This document shows, piece after piece, positions 10,380-19,703 of a stretch of DNA of 64,000 bases. The stretch is from Escherichia phage JH2. Every line of letters begins with the position of its first letter. Position 1 is the stretch's first letter. The position numbers were made by a program, and so were the translations under genes. The notes below the pieces were generated by a model. The model did not search any database and was not told where the DNA came from. It saw only the letters and a program-made list of their open reading frames with translations. Location of the stretch: the sequence record KF055347, one strand, 5' to 3'.

Positions 10380-11192
10380 TTAGTGCAGTTGGCCACTGGT
10401 AATCTGTGAATGCTCTTTTTCAGCCATAGCTGAGATTTGCTTCACAAAATCATCACCGAAGTTAATGCGTAGCTTCTCTTCAATGATTGAAGCGCCAATG
10501 TTTACCAAAACATCATTGATTGCTTGCATACTTACACCGCCAGTCATCTCCTCAACGAACTCAATGGTTACCCCCAACATCTGAGAAAGTTGGATTAGTG
10601 CAACGATATTCATCATTGTAGAGATAGCTGGAATCATCAGAGCAACCTTCACCTGTAGTGGTTCTACATCAGCTACAGAGTCATCTTTCACAGCTTCTTC
10701 TAAAGAGTCTTTAGTTTGCTGGATAATCTCTTGGATTCGTGGGTTTAACTCTTCTACACCCCAATCAAGTTTTTCATATCGTGACAGCTTCTCTTCCATT
10801 CGCTTCTCAAGAGCAGCCATAACAGAACTTGTTGATGAAATTATCATGGAAACTAACTCATTATCACCTAATGAGAGTAACAAGTCCTTTTCTTCAGAGT
10901 TAAGGGAGATATAGTCATTTTTCTGCATCTCATAAAAAATGAACTCTGCAAGAGCATCAACACCTACAACGATAGATGCTAAGGCAAGTGTTTTGTCAGA
11001 CAGCATCATATTAACCTGTTCTGCAAAAGCACCGTTATCAGACTTATCTTTAGGCAAGTTATAGCTTGCAGGCATAAACTGCTCTGTGTAGTTGTTTCCA
11101 CGAAGAATCATAGCCATGCTTTCTACGGCATTGATTAAGAAAGCTTCGTCAACACCTTTTTCTTTAAGCATCTGGTCTACAGTAGTATTCAT
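10380..11192 (-). CDS. hypothetical protein
   Basis: 270 aa ORF with upstream RBS; weak hairpin/T-run downstream. Confidence 0.5.
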   Translation of the reverse strand: MNTTVDQMLKEKGVDEAFLINAVESMAMILRGNNYTEQFMPASYNLPKDKSDNGAFAEQVNMMLSDKTLALASIVVGVDALAEFIFYEMQKNDYISLNSEEKDLLLSLGDNELVSMIISSTSSVMAALEKRMEEKLSRYEKLDWGVEELNPRIQEIIQQTKDSLEEAVKDDSVADVEPLQVKVALMIPAISTMMNIVALIQLSQMLGVTIEFVEEMTGGVSMQAINDVLVNIGASIIEEKLRINFGDDFVKQISAMAEKEHSQITSGQLH

Positions 11193-11193
11193 A

Positions 11194-11616
11194 TTATTTC
11201 TCTCTCAGTTGGTTAAGTTTCTTTCTAGAACATTTTAAGTTTTCAGATGAAGAAAAGTCAAGCGTCTTTTCAGAACGTGGATAGTAATGTCTATCCCAAG
11301 AAGTTTCAACATCGTTAATCAGTGACGCTAGACTACACAGGTCTGTACCACTTTGCAACCTCTTTTTAAGAGAATCTAGTAAAGCAACTGTGTCTTTAGC
11401 TTTACGTCTCGCTGTAGCAACATCTTTCATATGCTCAAATACAGAGCATTTTAAGTCATCTTCGTAGTTTTCAGACAACTCTATTTCATGTTGTATATCA
11501 ACCATTCTCCTGTGATGGTGAGCATATTCCCGTTGAGCAGCAATGTCAAGTTCTTCCAACTTCTGCAAAGCCCTAACAAAGTCAGCTATGTCTGGGTGAA
11601 CAAACATTTTCTGCAT
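11194..11616 (-). CDS. hypothetical protein (first gene of leftward operon)
   Basis: 140 aa ORF with AAGAGG RBS; divergent from the polymerase gene across an AT-rich control region. Confidence 0.5.
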   Translation of the reverse strand: MQKMFVHPDIADFVRALQKLEELDIAAQREYAHHHRRMVDIQHEIELSENYEDDLKCSVFEHMKDVATARRKAKDTVALLDSLKKRLQSGTDLCSLASLINDVETSWDRHYYPRSEKTLDFSSSENLKCSRKKLNQLREK

Positions 11617-11873
11617 GTAAGCCTCTTTTAAGTAACTATTAAGTTTTAATCTTTTATCTTAACGTATTCTATACGTTATACTTTAAAGCTTTTTAAAAGC
11701 TATTAAATAATCTTTTAAGAGTTTTAAAGTATCTGTATAGTTAAACTGTTAAGTAACCTTTTAAGTAAAAACCCACTTCGCAAAGATTAACACCTTGTCA
11801 AGTACATTGTCAACTTGCTTTTTATAATTTTTTGCAGTAATGTATGTGGTTAATGATTTTAGAGGGAGTAAAA

Positions 11874-14016
11874 ATGGAAAACGTAGATTTTAAAAACTTA
11901 CATTTAGTTGGCGATACAGAAACTGATGGTTTACTCCTTGAGTTCACTAAAGTGCACGTAATGGCTTTCGCAGACTATAAATCTGACGATGAAGAGCCAC
12001 CTGTATGGGTCTTTACAGATGAGCCTATCCTCGGCCACAAGTATACCAAGTACATTAAAGGTGGTTTGCGTGAAGGTGTCGAGTTTGCGTTAAAGGCAAA
12101 ACGGCTTTGCATCCATAATGGTCTGGGGTATGACTGGTGGGTTTTCAATCACATTGCACCTGATTTGTGGAACTTTGATAATCCAAAGTGTAAACCGTGG
12201 AGTAATTTCTTTCAGGATTCTCTTATCCAGTCTCGTGTTCAGTGGATGGATAGACCAACTCCAAAGGGTTATAAAGGTGCTCATGGTTTGGCTGCATGGG
12301 GTGCTCGTGTTGGTGTACGTAAACCAGAGATTGAACATTGGGGTGTGTGGAATGCAGAAATCTTCACTCGTGTTGTAGAAGATATCCGTATTAACGCCAA
12401 AACTAAACGTGCACTGGATAATGAATATCTCAAGCTGAAGAAGTGTGGCGTAGATACTTATGAAACCTACATGCGAGCTAAAGAAACATCTTTCTGGATG
12501 AGTCAACAAGCTATCAATGGTTGGAAAGCTGATAAAGAACTTATGGAGTTCCATGTAAAGGAACTTGACAAGTTGACTAATGAGCTTGCTTCAGAAGTTG
12601 AACCACATCTTCCTCCAACTATTAAGACCAAAGGTAAAGTCACTGGAGAAGAGTTTGCAAAAGCTTGGAATGAGTATGTTGAAGCATTCGGTCATGCAGA
12701 TGGACTGAAGAGAATTACCAAGTACCCTAAGACAAAGTATCGTCAGCAGGTACGTAACGGTGAGATGCAGACATATGAAATTAAGCCATTTGGTAAGCCA
12801 ACTACAAAGATTTTTAACATTGAAAAGCGGAATTGCTATACACCAACCAACTCTGTAACTGGTGAAGAGTACAAGGAAGGTTTTGTAGCAATGAAGGATG
12901 CTCGTGCAATTTGCAATGAGTTGAATGCAAAGATTGGTAAGAAATGCAAAGACTGGAAGCCAGTAAAAACAGTTAAAACTGTGAAGTACTATAACAGTCA
13001 TGTTGTGAACCACTTTGAGCTTGAGTCAAGTCGCTACACAGGTTTGATTGATGCACCATATACACCAATTGAGTTTGAAGTTTCTCGAATGACTCAGGTG
13101 GCTGTTGTGAAGGACTACTTGAAATCAGTTGGTTGGATTCCTGATGACTGGAACTATAAGAAAGACTCTGATGGTCGTCCTGTTAAGGTTTGTCGTTTCA
13201 AAGACAACAAAAAGATGATTACCAAACATCCTAAATGGGATGAGATGGTTGAACGGTGCGGTTTGAGTTATGTTGAACATGAAGGTGTACAGTACATTGA
13301 GCATAACTGGTCTGTTAAGAAGTACACAGATTTGCTTGAACCTTGCTTAATCCGTACTTCACCAAAACTTACTGAATCATCTTATGATACGATTGAAGGT
13401 GAGCTTGGGCAGAAGATTGCAAAATACTATACCTTGATGCACAGACGCAGAACTATTGAGAACTCAAAGGATGATGAAAAAGGTTGGTTAAACCAGATTC
13501 GTCCTGATGGTCGCCTTAGTGCTGGTGCAATGGTGTTTGGTACTTCAACTGGACGTATGACACAATATGGTATTGTAAACGTACCGTCTGGCGCTGCTGT
13601 CTATGGAGCACCCATGAGGGAAGTTTGGACTTGTGAAGAGGGTACTAATATTGTTTCAGCCGACATGAATAGCGCCCAACTTGTGCTGCTGTGTAACTTT
13701 ATGGGTGATAAAGATTTCACTAAAGCGGTGACAGAGGGTAAAGAAGAGGTTGAGTTTGTCAAACAAGAGGATGGTAGATACTATTGCAAACATTTTAACC
13801 AGTATCTAAACCCAGCTATTGACAAGTATTTACATTATGATTCTGAAAATGACTTATACGTGGTGTACTCAGGGACTGATGCACATACTTTAAACAGTAT
13901 CTACTTCAGCCTTAATAAAGAGGAAGACATCTTGACATGTCGAGCTACTCAGGATGCAAATCTTCTTCAAGAAATTAGTAAAGGCCGTAAGAAAGCCAAA
14001 AATGGCATTTATGCGT
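11874..14016 (+). CDS. DNA polymerase, family A (T7 gp5-like), exon 1
   Basis: ATG at 11874 after AGGGAGTAAAA; Exo I DTETDG and Exo II HNGLGYD motifs; ends in ...RKKAKNGIYA (motif B region, T7 RDNAKTFIYG). Exon boundary inferred from P1 pairing. Confidence 0.85.
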
Positions 14017-14818
14017 CAGTGGCGCATGTAAAACGTTGTGAATTGCTGGAAGCCTAAGTCTGTAAAGATATGGTAATCAGCAGCGAAGTCTCTGTTAGGA
14101 CTCCTAAAACAAAGGAGAGAGACAATGGCAGGTTACGAAGAGAGATTATGCACTGAGTGTGGTACGGAGTTTAAACCATATCAATACAATCAGAAACGGT
14201 GCAGAAGTTGTGTATTAAAGTTTGACAGAAGGGCAGAACACAGGGTTCTTACTAAGAAATGCCCTAGTTGTGAGAAGGTGTTCATGCCGAGAACAGCAAG
14301 GCAAGTTTATTGTTCGTCACATTGCGGTGAGAAAGGTAGAGTTAAGAATTACTACCTAAGAACATATGGATTGGAAAGAGAAGAGGTTGAGTCTCTACTC
14401 CGTGACTGTGATTACAAATGTCAAATTTGTGGCGGCGAAGGTTTTATCATGAATGGTTCACGACACAAGGCTAAACTTGTTGTTGACCATGACCATAAAA
14501 CCGGAAAGGTAAGAGGTATGTTATGCCACAATTGCAACAGAGCTTTGGGGTTGCTTGCAGATAGTGTTGATAACATGCAAAGAGCGATTGACTATCTAAG
14601 CAAATGATATAACTATAGAGATTCCTAACAGAGAAACGTTCAGAGACTATCGAAAAGCATACTTAACGTATGAACTGAGTAGAGTAGGGTGGTAAGCTAA
14701 TGACCATCCCCAAGTGCAACGGTAGCATCACTGCTACGTGATATAGTCCGACACTCCGTAGAAATGCGGAGAAGTTCATAAGAGAACTGGTACACCTTGC
14801 GAGTGTATTGACCAGATG
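14017..14818 (+). mobile_element. group I intron in the DNA polymerase gene, carrying an HNH endonuclease ORF
   Basis: Exon end ATGCGT (14011-14016) pairs with intron GCGCAT (14022-14027) across a 5-nt loop with U.G at the splice site (P1); proposed 3' end is G at 14818; splicing restores ...NGIYALLFGAGDEK... colinear with T7 ...FIYGFLYGAGDEK. Confidence 0.6.
14125..14607 (+). CDS. HNH homing endonuclease (intron-encoded)
   Basis: Strong RBS AAAGGAGAGAG; Cys-rich N-terminus and HNH core VVDHDHKTGKVRGMLCHNCNRALG. Confidence 0.85.
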   Translation: MAGYEERLCTECGTEFKPYQYNQKRCRSCVLKFDRRAEHRVLTKKCPSCEKVFMPRTARQVYCSSHCGEKGRVKNYYLRTYGLEREEVESLLRDCDYKCQICGGEGFIMNGSRHKAKLVVDHDHKTGKVRGMLCHNCNRALGLLADSVDNMQRAIDYLSK

Positions 14819-15375
14819 TATTGTTCGGGGCTGGCGATGAGAAATTTGCTAAGACGATTAAAGCATCTACAACTGAGGAAGGTGCTTTAACTAAGCAAAC
14901 ATACTTTGTACGTCTCCCTAAAATTAAGAAGTTGATAGATAATTTAGAAGCAGACTTCAAAGCCACTAAGAAGGCTCTTGAAGAGGTATTTGGTAAGACT
15001 GCCGCAATCTCTAAAGGGGGGTTTGTAAAGGTTGCTGGAGCTTGGTTGTGGTGTAAATCTCCACATAAGTTATTGAATTATTTGCTTATGGGTTCGGAAA
15101 GTCAGGTTCAGAATGAAGCCATCAACCTCGCTTGTAGAAGAACTTGTGAAGAGGGTCTTACAAAGTTGAATGGTCGAAAACCAGCTATTGGCGCTAGATT
15201 GCTTTTAGCATATCACGATGAGAATAGTTGGGAGTGTCCAGAAGACATGACGCAGGATGTTAAAGCAGTAATTGACTGGATGTATGGTCAAGCATCAAGA
15301 AATTTAGGGCTTAAGGAGGAAACTCTCGTAACTGGCACTGGTAAAGTTGGTAAAAATTGGCTTGAGGTACACTGA
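14819..15375 (+). CDS. DNA polymerase, family A, exon 2
   Basis: Begins ...LFGAGDEKFAKTIK and contains YHDE (motif C); matches the T7 gp5 C-terminal region; no independent ATG start. Confidence 0.8.
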
Positions 15376-15436
15376 TTAGTATTGACAAGGTGCTCATGGA
15401 AGAGTACCTTATACAATATCTTATATAGGAGGTCAC

Positions 15437-15655
15437 ATGACGCTTTCAGAGATTGAAGTTCAGTTGCAATGTGCAGGTTATTCTCAAAAAGAGATTGAAG
15501 GGATGTTTATTGTTCTTTGCAGTAGCTGTAGGAATTTGAAGGTAAAACCTGAAGTTCTACGTAGAGTCGATATCTTTATTGCTGGAGGCAAAATCGCAAA
15601 AGATAAGACGGGTTACTTAAAAGGTGAGCGTGTAAACATTGAGACTTTACTATGA
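15437..15655 (+). CDS. hypothetical protein (paralog of 15858..16070)
   Basis: GGAGGT RBS; C-terminal IFIAGGKIAKDKTGYLKGERVNIE parallels IIIVDGKIARDRTGVLKGERISID in the downstream paralog. Confidence 0.5.
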   Translation: MTLSEIEVQLQCAGYSQKEIEGMFIVLCSSCRNLKVKPEVLRRVDIFIAGGKIAKDKTGYLKGERVNIETLL

Positions 15656-15861
15656 GCCACCGTGGAAGAACCCATGCAGCAATGATGAAAGGTGCTTCAA
15701 AGGAAACTATCAAGAATCGTAAACAGAAGTTGTTTGAGAGGATGAACAGGTTAATTGACAATTCATCTCTTTCAGGTTCTGAGAAGGTTTTCTTGAAAGG
15801 TAATCTGAAAAGCATTGCACAAGAACTTATTGACATTGAGTATTGGAGACACCAAAAATGA
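15652..15861 (+). CDS. hypothetical protein
   Basis: 69 aa ORF; start overlaps upstream stop (ATGA). Confidence 0.4.
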   Translation: MSHRGRTHAAMMKGASKETIKNRKQKLFERMNRLIDNSSLSGSEKVFLKGNLKSIAQELIDIEYWRHQK

Positions 15862-16070
15862 CACTTGCAGACGTTATTCAGCAACTTCACAACAACTGCT
15901 ACACTCCAGAGTTGATTCAGGAGATGCTCATTGTAGTAATACCTAGTAAGTTCGTAAAAGGTTTTAATCGTGACTCCTTAATGTCTGCACATATCATTAT
16001 TGTTGACGGTAAGATTGCAAGAGACCGTACAGGAGTCCTTAAGGGTGAACGTATTAGCATTGACATCTGA
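15858..16070 (+). CDS. hypothetical protein (paralog of 15437..15655)
   Basis: ORF trimmed to ATG after TTGGAGACACCAAAA. Confidence 0.45.
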   Translation: MTLADVIQQLHNNCYTPELIQEMLIVVIPSKFVKGFNRDSLMSAHIIIVDGKIARDRTGVLKGERISIDI

Positions 16071-16087
16071 GTATTGGAGATACCAAA

Positions 16088-16243
16088 ATGAAACGCAAAG
16101 TAAAATTCTTTAGTTTATATGGAAGAGTCGGTAAAGGTTTTGATTGGCAACTCCTACGTTCAGATGTTAAAAGCAACGAGTTAGCACAGCTTATTATAAA
16201 CTATCGACGAACGTACAGAGAAGTAGAACATCGTGAACAGTAA
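16088..16243 (+). CDS. small hypothetical protein (51 aa)
   Basis: Not in ORF track; ATG after TTGGAGATACCAAA, a near-repeat of the RBS region at 15840-15857. Confidence 0.3.
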   Translation: MKRKVKFFSLYGRVGKGFDWQLLRSDVKSNELAQLIINYRRTYREVEHREQ

Positions 16244-16256
16244 CAGGAGAAGTATT

Positions 16257-16493
16257 ATGTGGAAAGCAGTAATTGTGCTTAGTGTTATCTTTCTATCTGG
16301 CTGTAATCCCTCTTACGAGGACAAAAACGCTTCTTATAGCCTCCCACCAGAGATGCAAGATTGCAAAGTCTATAAGTTACATGGTGATGCCATAAGCAGA
16401 GACATTGTTGTTGTCAGATGTCCAAACTCTCAAACAACAACATCTTATAGCTATGGTAAAAATGGTCAATCACACACTACTGTTATTGAGTGA
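16257..16493 (+). CDS. putative lipoprotein
   Basis: ORF trimmed to MWKAVIVLSVIFLSGC... (signal peptide with LSGC lipobox) after GGAGAAG. Confidence 0.5.
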   Translation: MWKAVIVLSVIFLSGCNPSYEDKNASYSLPPEMQDCKVYKLHGDAISRDIVVVRCPNSQTTTSYSYGKNGQSHTTVIE

Positions 16494-16503
16494 GGTGTTC
16501 AAG

Positions 16504-16710
16504 ATGGAAGTTCTAGTAAACTATATCTACTGTTATGATACTGTTCACTCCACTACAACGGTAGCCCAACGTAACCCAATCGTCCCACGAGAAGGTGAGT
16601 TGGTTCGAATCGAGGGTTGGACTTACACTGTGGAAAGCATCATTCATAAGTTTGATGTTGCTGGTGATGTTCAAGTTATTGACGTAGAGATTGGTGGTAA
16701 GAGAAAATGA
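16504..16710 (+). CDS. hypothetical protein
   Basis: ORF trimmed to ATG (MEVLVNY...) after GAGGTG. Confidence 0.4.
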   Translation: MEVLVNYIYCYDTVHSTTTVAQRNPIVPREGELVRIEGWTYTVESIIHKFDVAGDVQVIDVEIGGKRK

Positions 16711-16874
16711 AACCTAAGCAAACAATGACAGATGCAACCTTCACAGTACACAGTTTCGATAGATTGCACATCAAAGACACAAAAGATACACCAAAATGCG
16801 TTGTACATTTTATTAAAAGGCATAGTAACATGTCCTATATGAAATCTGACAAAGGCAATATCACAAATGAATAA
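16707..16874 (+). CDS. small hypothetical protein (55 aa)
   Basis: Not in ORF track; ATGA overlap with upstream stop; ends overlapping next start. Confidence 0.3.
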   Translation: MKPKQTMTDATFTVHSFDRLHIKDTKDTPKCVVHFIKRHSNMSYMKSDKGNITNE

Positions 16875-17058
16875 AGAAGACAAGCATAAAAATGCTGTAC
16901 GGACTCCTGATGGAAAGGTTCAATCCTTCATCCTGACAGTTGGTGGAAATCCGTTTCGTTGCCACTGCGGAGCAAACTGTTTTCATAAACCAGATAAAAA
17001 TGACTTAGAGCTTTACGCATGTAATGCTTGCAATACTTGGTATCACTCAGAGGAATAA
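16867..17058 (+). CDS. Cys-rich hypothetical protein
   Basis: 63 aa with CHCGANC...CNACN spacing suggestive of a zinc-binding fold. Confidence 0.45.
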   Translation: MNKEDKHKNAVRTPDGKVQSFILTVGGNPFRCHCGANCFHKPDKNDLELYACNACNTWYHSEE

Positions 17059-17059
17059 A

Positions 17060-18163
17060 ATGACAATACTGTACAAACAAAATAAAGACGGCTCTTTTAG
17101 CGTCTGGTCATGCGTTGCTGTAGGTGACAAAGTTGTTACCACGTATGGCAAAGAAAATGGCAAGATGATGTTTGAAGAGTATACAGCAGAACCTAAAAAC
17201 ATCGGTAAAAAGAATGAGCGTAACGCTGAACAACAAGCTCTCTTTGAAGTTGCTGCAAAGTATAAAAAGCAGGTTGACCGCAAAGGTTATGCTTACACAA
17301 AAGAGTCTGCACAGAATACTGAGAAGGTAGGTGTACAGCTTGCTCATGATGCTGCAAAGGTTAGCCATGCAAAGTATCTGAAGTTCCCTGCTGATGCTCA
17401 ACCGAAACTTGATGGTGTCCGTTGTAGGATTTCAAGGCACTTGAGTATTGGCAGTGTATTTACAGCATATTCTCGTGAGAATACTGTTTACAAAATCCCT
17501 ACTGAACTAATACCTGACATTATGGCAATGTTAAGGCTCCACAAAGATGTTGATGAATTTGATGGAGAGATTTATGCTCATGGGTGGGACTTAGAAGATA
17601 TCGTCTCCATGATTAAAAATGAAGACAATCCTGACAGACACTTGCTCAAGTTTTACTGGTATGATATCTGCGACAGTACTAAGACGTGGCCTGAGCGTAG
17701 AGATATCATTGAGACTTCACCATTGAATGACTTTAGAGACGGCTGTAAAGTTGTTCCTGTTAAGTCTCGTCGTGTGAACTCTTGGGAAGAGTTTGATGAA
17801 GCTCATGATAAGTGGGTTGAAGCTAAGTTTGAAGGTGCAATGTACCGTTCAATCTCTGAAGAATCTTTCTACGAGTGTTGTCACCGTTCATACTTCTTGA
17901 TTAAGCACAAGAAGATGCACACTGAAGAGTTTAAAGTGACTGGTGTCAAGACCGATAAACGTGGTCATGGCAAGTTCGTTGTAGAGACTCTTCCTAACGT
18001 CTTTGTAGATGTATCATGGAAGACTACTCATGAGAAGAAACAGTATCTTGCTGAGCATCCTGAAGAGTTTATCGGGAAACCTTTAACGGTTCAGTTCCAG
18101 AAGATGACTCGTAAGGGGTCTTTACAGTTCCCTGTTGGTCTAGTTATACGAGATTATGAATAA
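17060..18163 (+). CDS. ATP-dependent DNA ligase
   Basis: Motif I KLDGVRC (adenylation lysine); start trimmed to MTILYKQ... after AGAGGAATAAA; size typical of T7-type ligases. Confidence 0.8.
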   Translation: MTILYKQNKDGSFSVWSCVAVGDKVVTTYGKENGKMMFEEYTAEPKNIGKKNERNAEQQALFEVAAKYKKQVDRKGYAYTKESAQNTEKVGVQLAHDAAKVSHAKYLKFPADAQPKLDGVRCRISRHLSIGSVFTAYSRENTVYKIPTELIPDIMAMLRLHKDVDEFDGEIYAHGWDLEDIVSMIKNEDNPDRHLLKFYWYDICDSTKTWPERRDIIETSPLNDFRDGCKVVPVKSRRVNSWEEFDEAHDKWVEAKFEGAMYRSISEESFYECCHRSYFLIKHKKMHTEEFKVTGVKTDKRGHGKFVVETLPNVFVDVSWKTTHEKKQYLAEHPEEFIGKPLTVQFQKMTRKGSLQFPVGLVIRDYE

Positions 18164-18169
18164 AAGTTG

Positions 18170-18197
18170 TTGACATAGAAAATTTGGTGAGTATACT
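18170..18197 (+). promoter_or_regulatory. sigma70-type promoter (TTGACA - 16 nt - TATACT)
   Basis: Consensus -35 at 18170-18175 and -10 at 18192-18197, upstream of a G/T-rich repeat tract and gene 18440. Confidence 0.45.
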
Positions 18198-18439
18198 GAG
18201 CAGCATAAACCAACGGGTACTCACCAGCATCACTTAAGAGTCTTCTAAAAGGGTTTTTAAGTGAGGTTCAGTGTTGTATGTTTTGGTATGGTTTGGTAAG
18301 GTAGGGTTTGGTATGGAAGGATGGCAGTAGCCTTATAAAAATCTGCCAAATAAGCTATAAAATCTGTTGACAAGTCAGGTGTTATAGCTTATTTTTATAC
18401 TCAATGTAATACAAAATTTAATATAACTTTGAGGTCATT

Positions 18440-18823
18440 ATGAAAAAGATTTTATTAGCTGCTGCAATGGTTATGGCAATGAATTTACCAGTCAATGCAA
18501 CAGAACTCCCCAATGTGGACTTATCAGGTGTTCCAGAAGACACTTGCCAGATTGTAAAAGGTGTTGCTCTATCTAATGGTGAGTTACTTAAACCAATCTC
18601 TGAAGAGTCTTTGACAGAGATGACTGATAAGGTAACTGACTATCAGTATCGCGTTCTTGCAGAGTATTTCCTGCAATCTGCAAATATTAAAGAGAAACAC
18701 CATGATGATATTGATGTACAGGCTATGCTCAACCATCGTATTCAGTTTAAAGAAGATTTGATGCAAAAAGCTATGTACGGTGTTGAGTATTTCTTAGAAA
18801 ACAGAAGCTGCACAGGTATTTGA
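18440..18823 (+). CDS. secreted/periplasmic hypothetical protein
   Basis: N-terminal signal peptide MKKILLAAAMVMAMNLPVNA; GAGGTCATT RBS. Confidence 0.55.
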   Translation: MKKILLAAAMVMAMNLPVNATELPNVDLSGVPEDTCQIVKGVALSNGELLKPISEESLTEMTDKVTDYQYRVLAEYFLQSANIKEKHHDDIDVQAMLNHRIQFKEDLMQKAMYGVEYFLENRSCTGI

Positions 18824-18824
18824 T

Positions 18825-19037
18825 ATGGCTCTTAAAAAGTTACATCCCAGAAGCGGTTATGGTAAGATAATTGATGATACAGATGGCTTTACAGTCTTTA
18901 CAGTTATCTGTCAAGATGATTCACAGATTGAAAAGGCTCTTGACGATTATCTTAATGATGAACGTGAAAAGGTTAGGGCTACAAACATAGATTCATTGAT
19001 TGACACTTCACGTAAACGGAAGAAGAAAGATGAATGA
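18825..19037 (+). CDS. hypothetical protein
   Basis: 70 aa ORF with basic C-terminus. Confidence 0.4.
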   Translation: MALKKLHPRSGYGKIIDDTDGFTVFTVICQDDSQIEKALDDYLNDEREKVRATNIDSLIDTSRKRKKKDE

Positions 19038-19329
19038 GGTTTTTGACCCTTATGCTCCACAAGATGATTGGGAGGCTGACAGAGAGGCTGAAATGGAGAG
19101 TTATATTTGTCCAATGGATGTAGACGAAATGAGAGATTTCGTTGCACATCGTTTTAAGAGAGAGATTAAATCCAGAGGTCTTTCTCAAGAGCAAGTTGCT
19201 AAAATTTGTGGTATCTCTCAGGCTCGTGTATCCAACATAATCAATCTCACTGGTAATGTCTCTCTTGAGTTTATGTTGGAAGTATGTGAAAAATTTGGTG
19301 TTAATTTTAATTTAAGGTTGGCAGATTAA
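19030..19329 (+). CDS. HTH (XRE-like) DNA-binding protein
   Basis: Helix-turn-helix LSQEQVAKICGISQARVSNIIN; start trimmed to MNEVFDP... Confidence 0.55.
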   Translation: MNEVFDPYAPQDDWEADREAEMESYICPMDVDEMRDFVAHRFKREIKSRGLSQEQVAKICGISQARVSNIINLTGNVSLEFMLEVCEKFGVNFNLRLAD

Positions 19330-19330
19330 T

Positions 19331-19690
19331 ATGAAACGTGAAAACATTATCCACTCCGAAAACTTTGCATTAGGCTTTTATGGTGTACCTACTCACCTTG
19401 AAAAGTATTATGGTGTGAAGATTCTTTCCAACCTCATTATGGCTTACAAAGATGGTAAGATTAAGCATACTGAGAAGAAACGTGTCATGGGTTACATGGC
19501 TGTAGGTTCAGCAATCTCAAACATTAAGCTGGAAACAACTAGCAGCCAGATTGTGAAAGACCACTTCATCAAAGAGCTTTACCACAATCTTGATGGTGTA
19601 GATGTTCAGGCTGTTTGGCTGGATGTTGACGGTCACAACTACACAAGCTTCGTTTTCAAAAACGATGACATTAAATGTTTGTTCCCATAA
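19331..19690 (+). CDS. hypothetical protein
   Basis: 119 aa ORF, tightly packed in operon. Confidence 0.5.
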   Translation: MKRENIIHSENFALGFYGVPTHLEKYYGVKILSNLIMAYKDGKIKHTEKKRVMGYMAVGSAISNIKLETTSSQIVKDHFIKELYHNLDGVDVQAVWLDVDGHNYTSFVFKNDDIKCLFP

Positions 19691-19703
19691 TAGGTGATTA
19701 ACT

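Noticed and set aside
12090-13013. Minus-strand ORFs (154 and 140 aa) inside DNA polymerase exon 1
   Set aside because: Antisense to a gene with clear exonuclease and polymerase motifs; Cys/Phe/Leu-rich shadow-frame translation.
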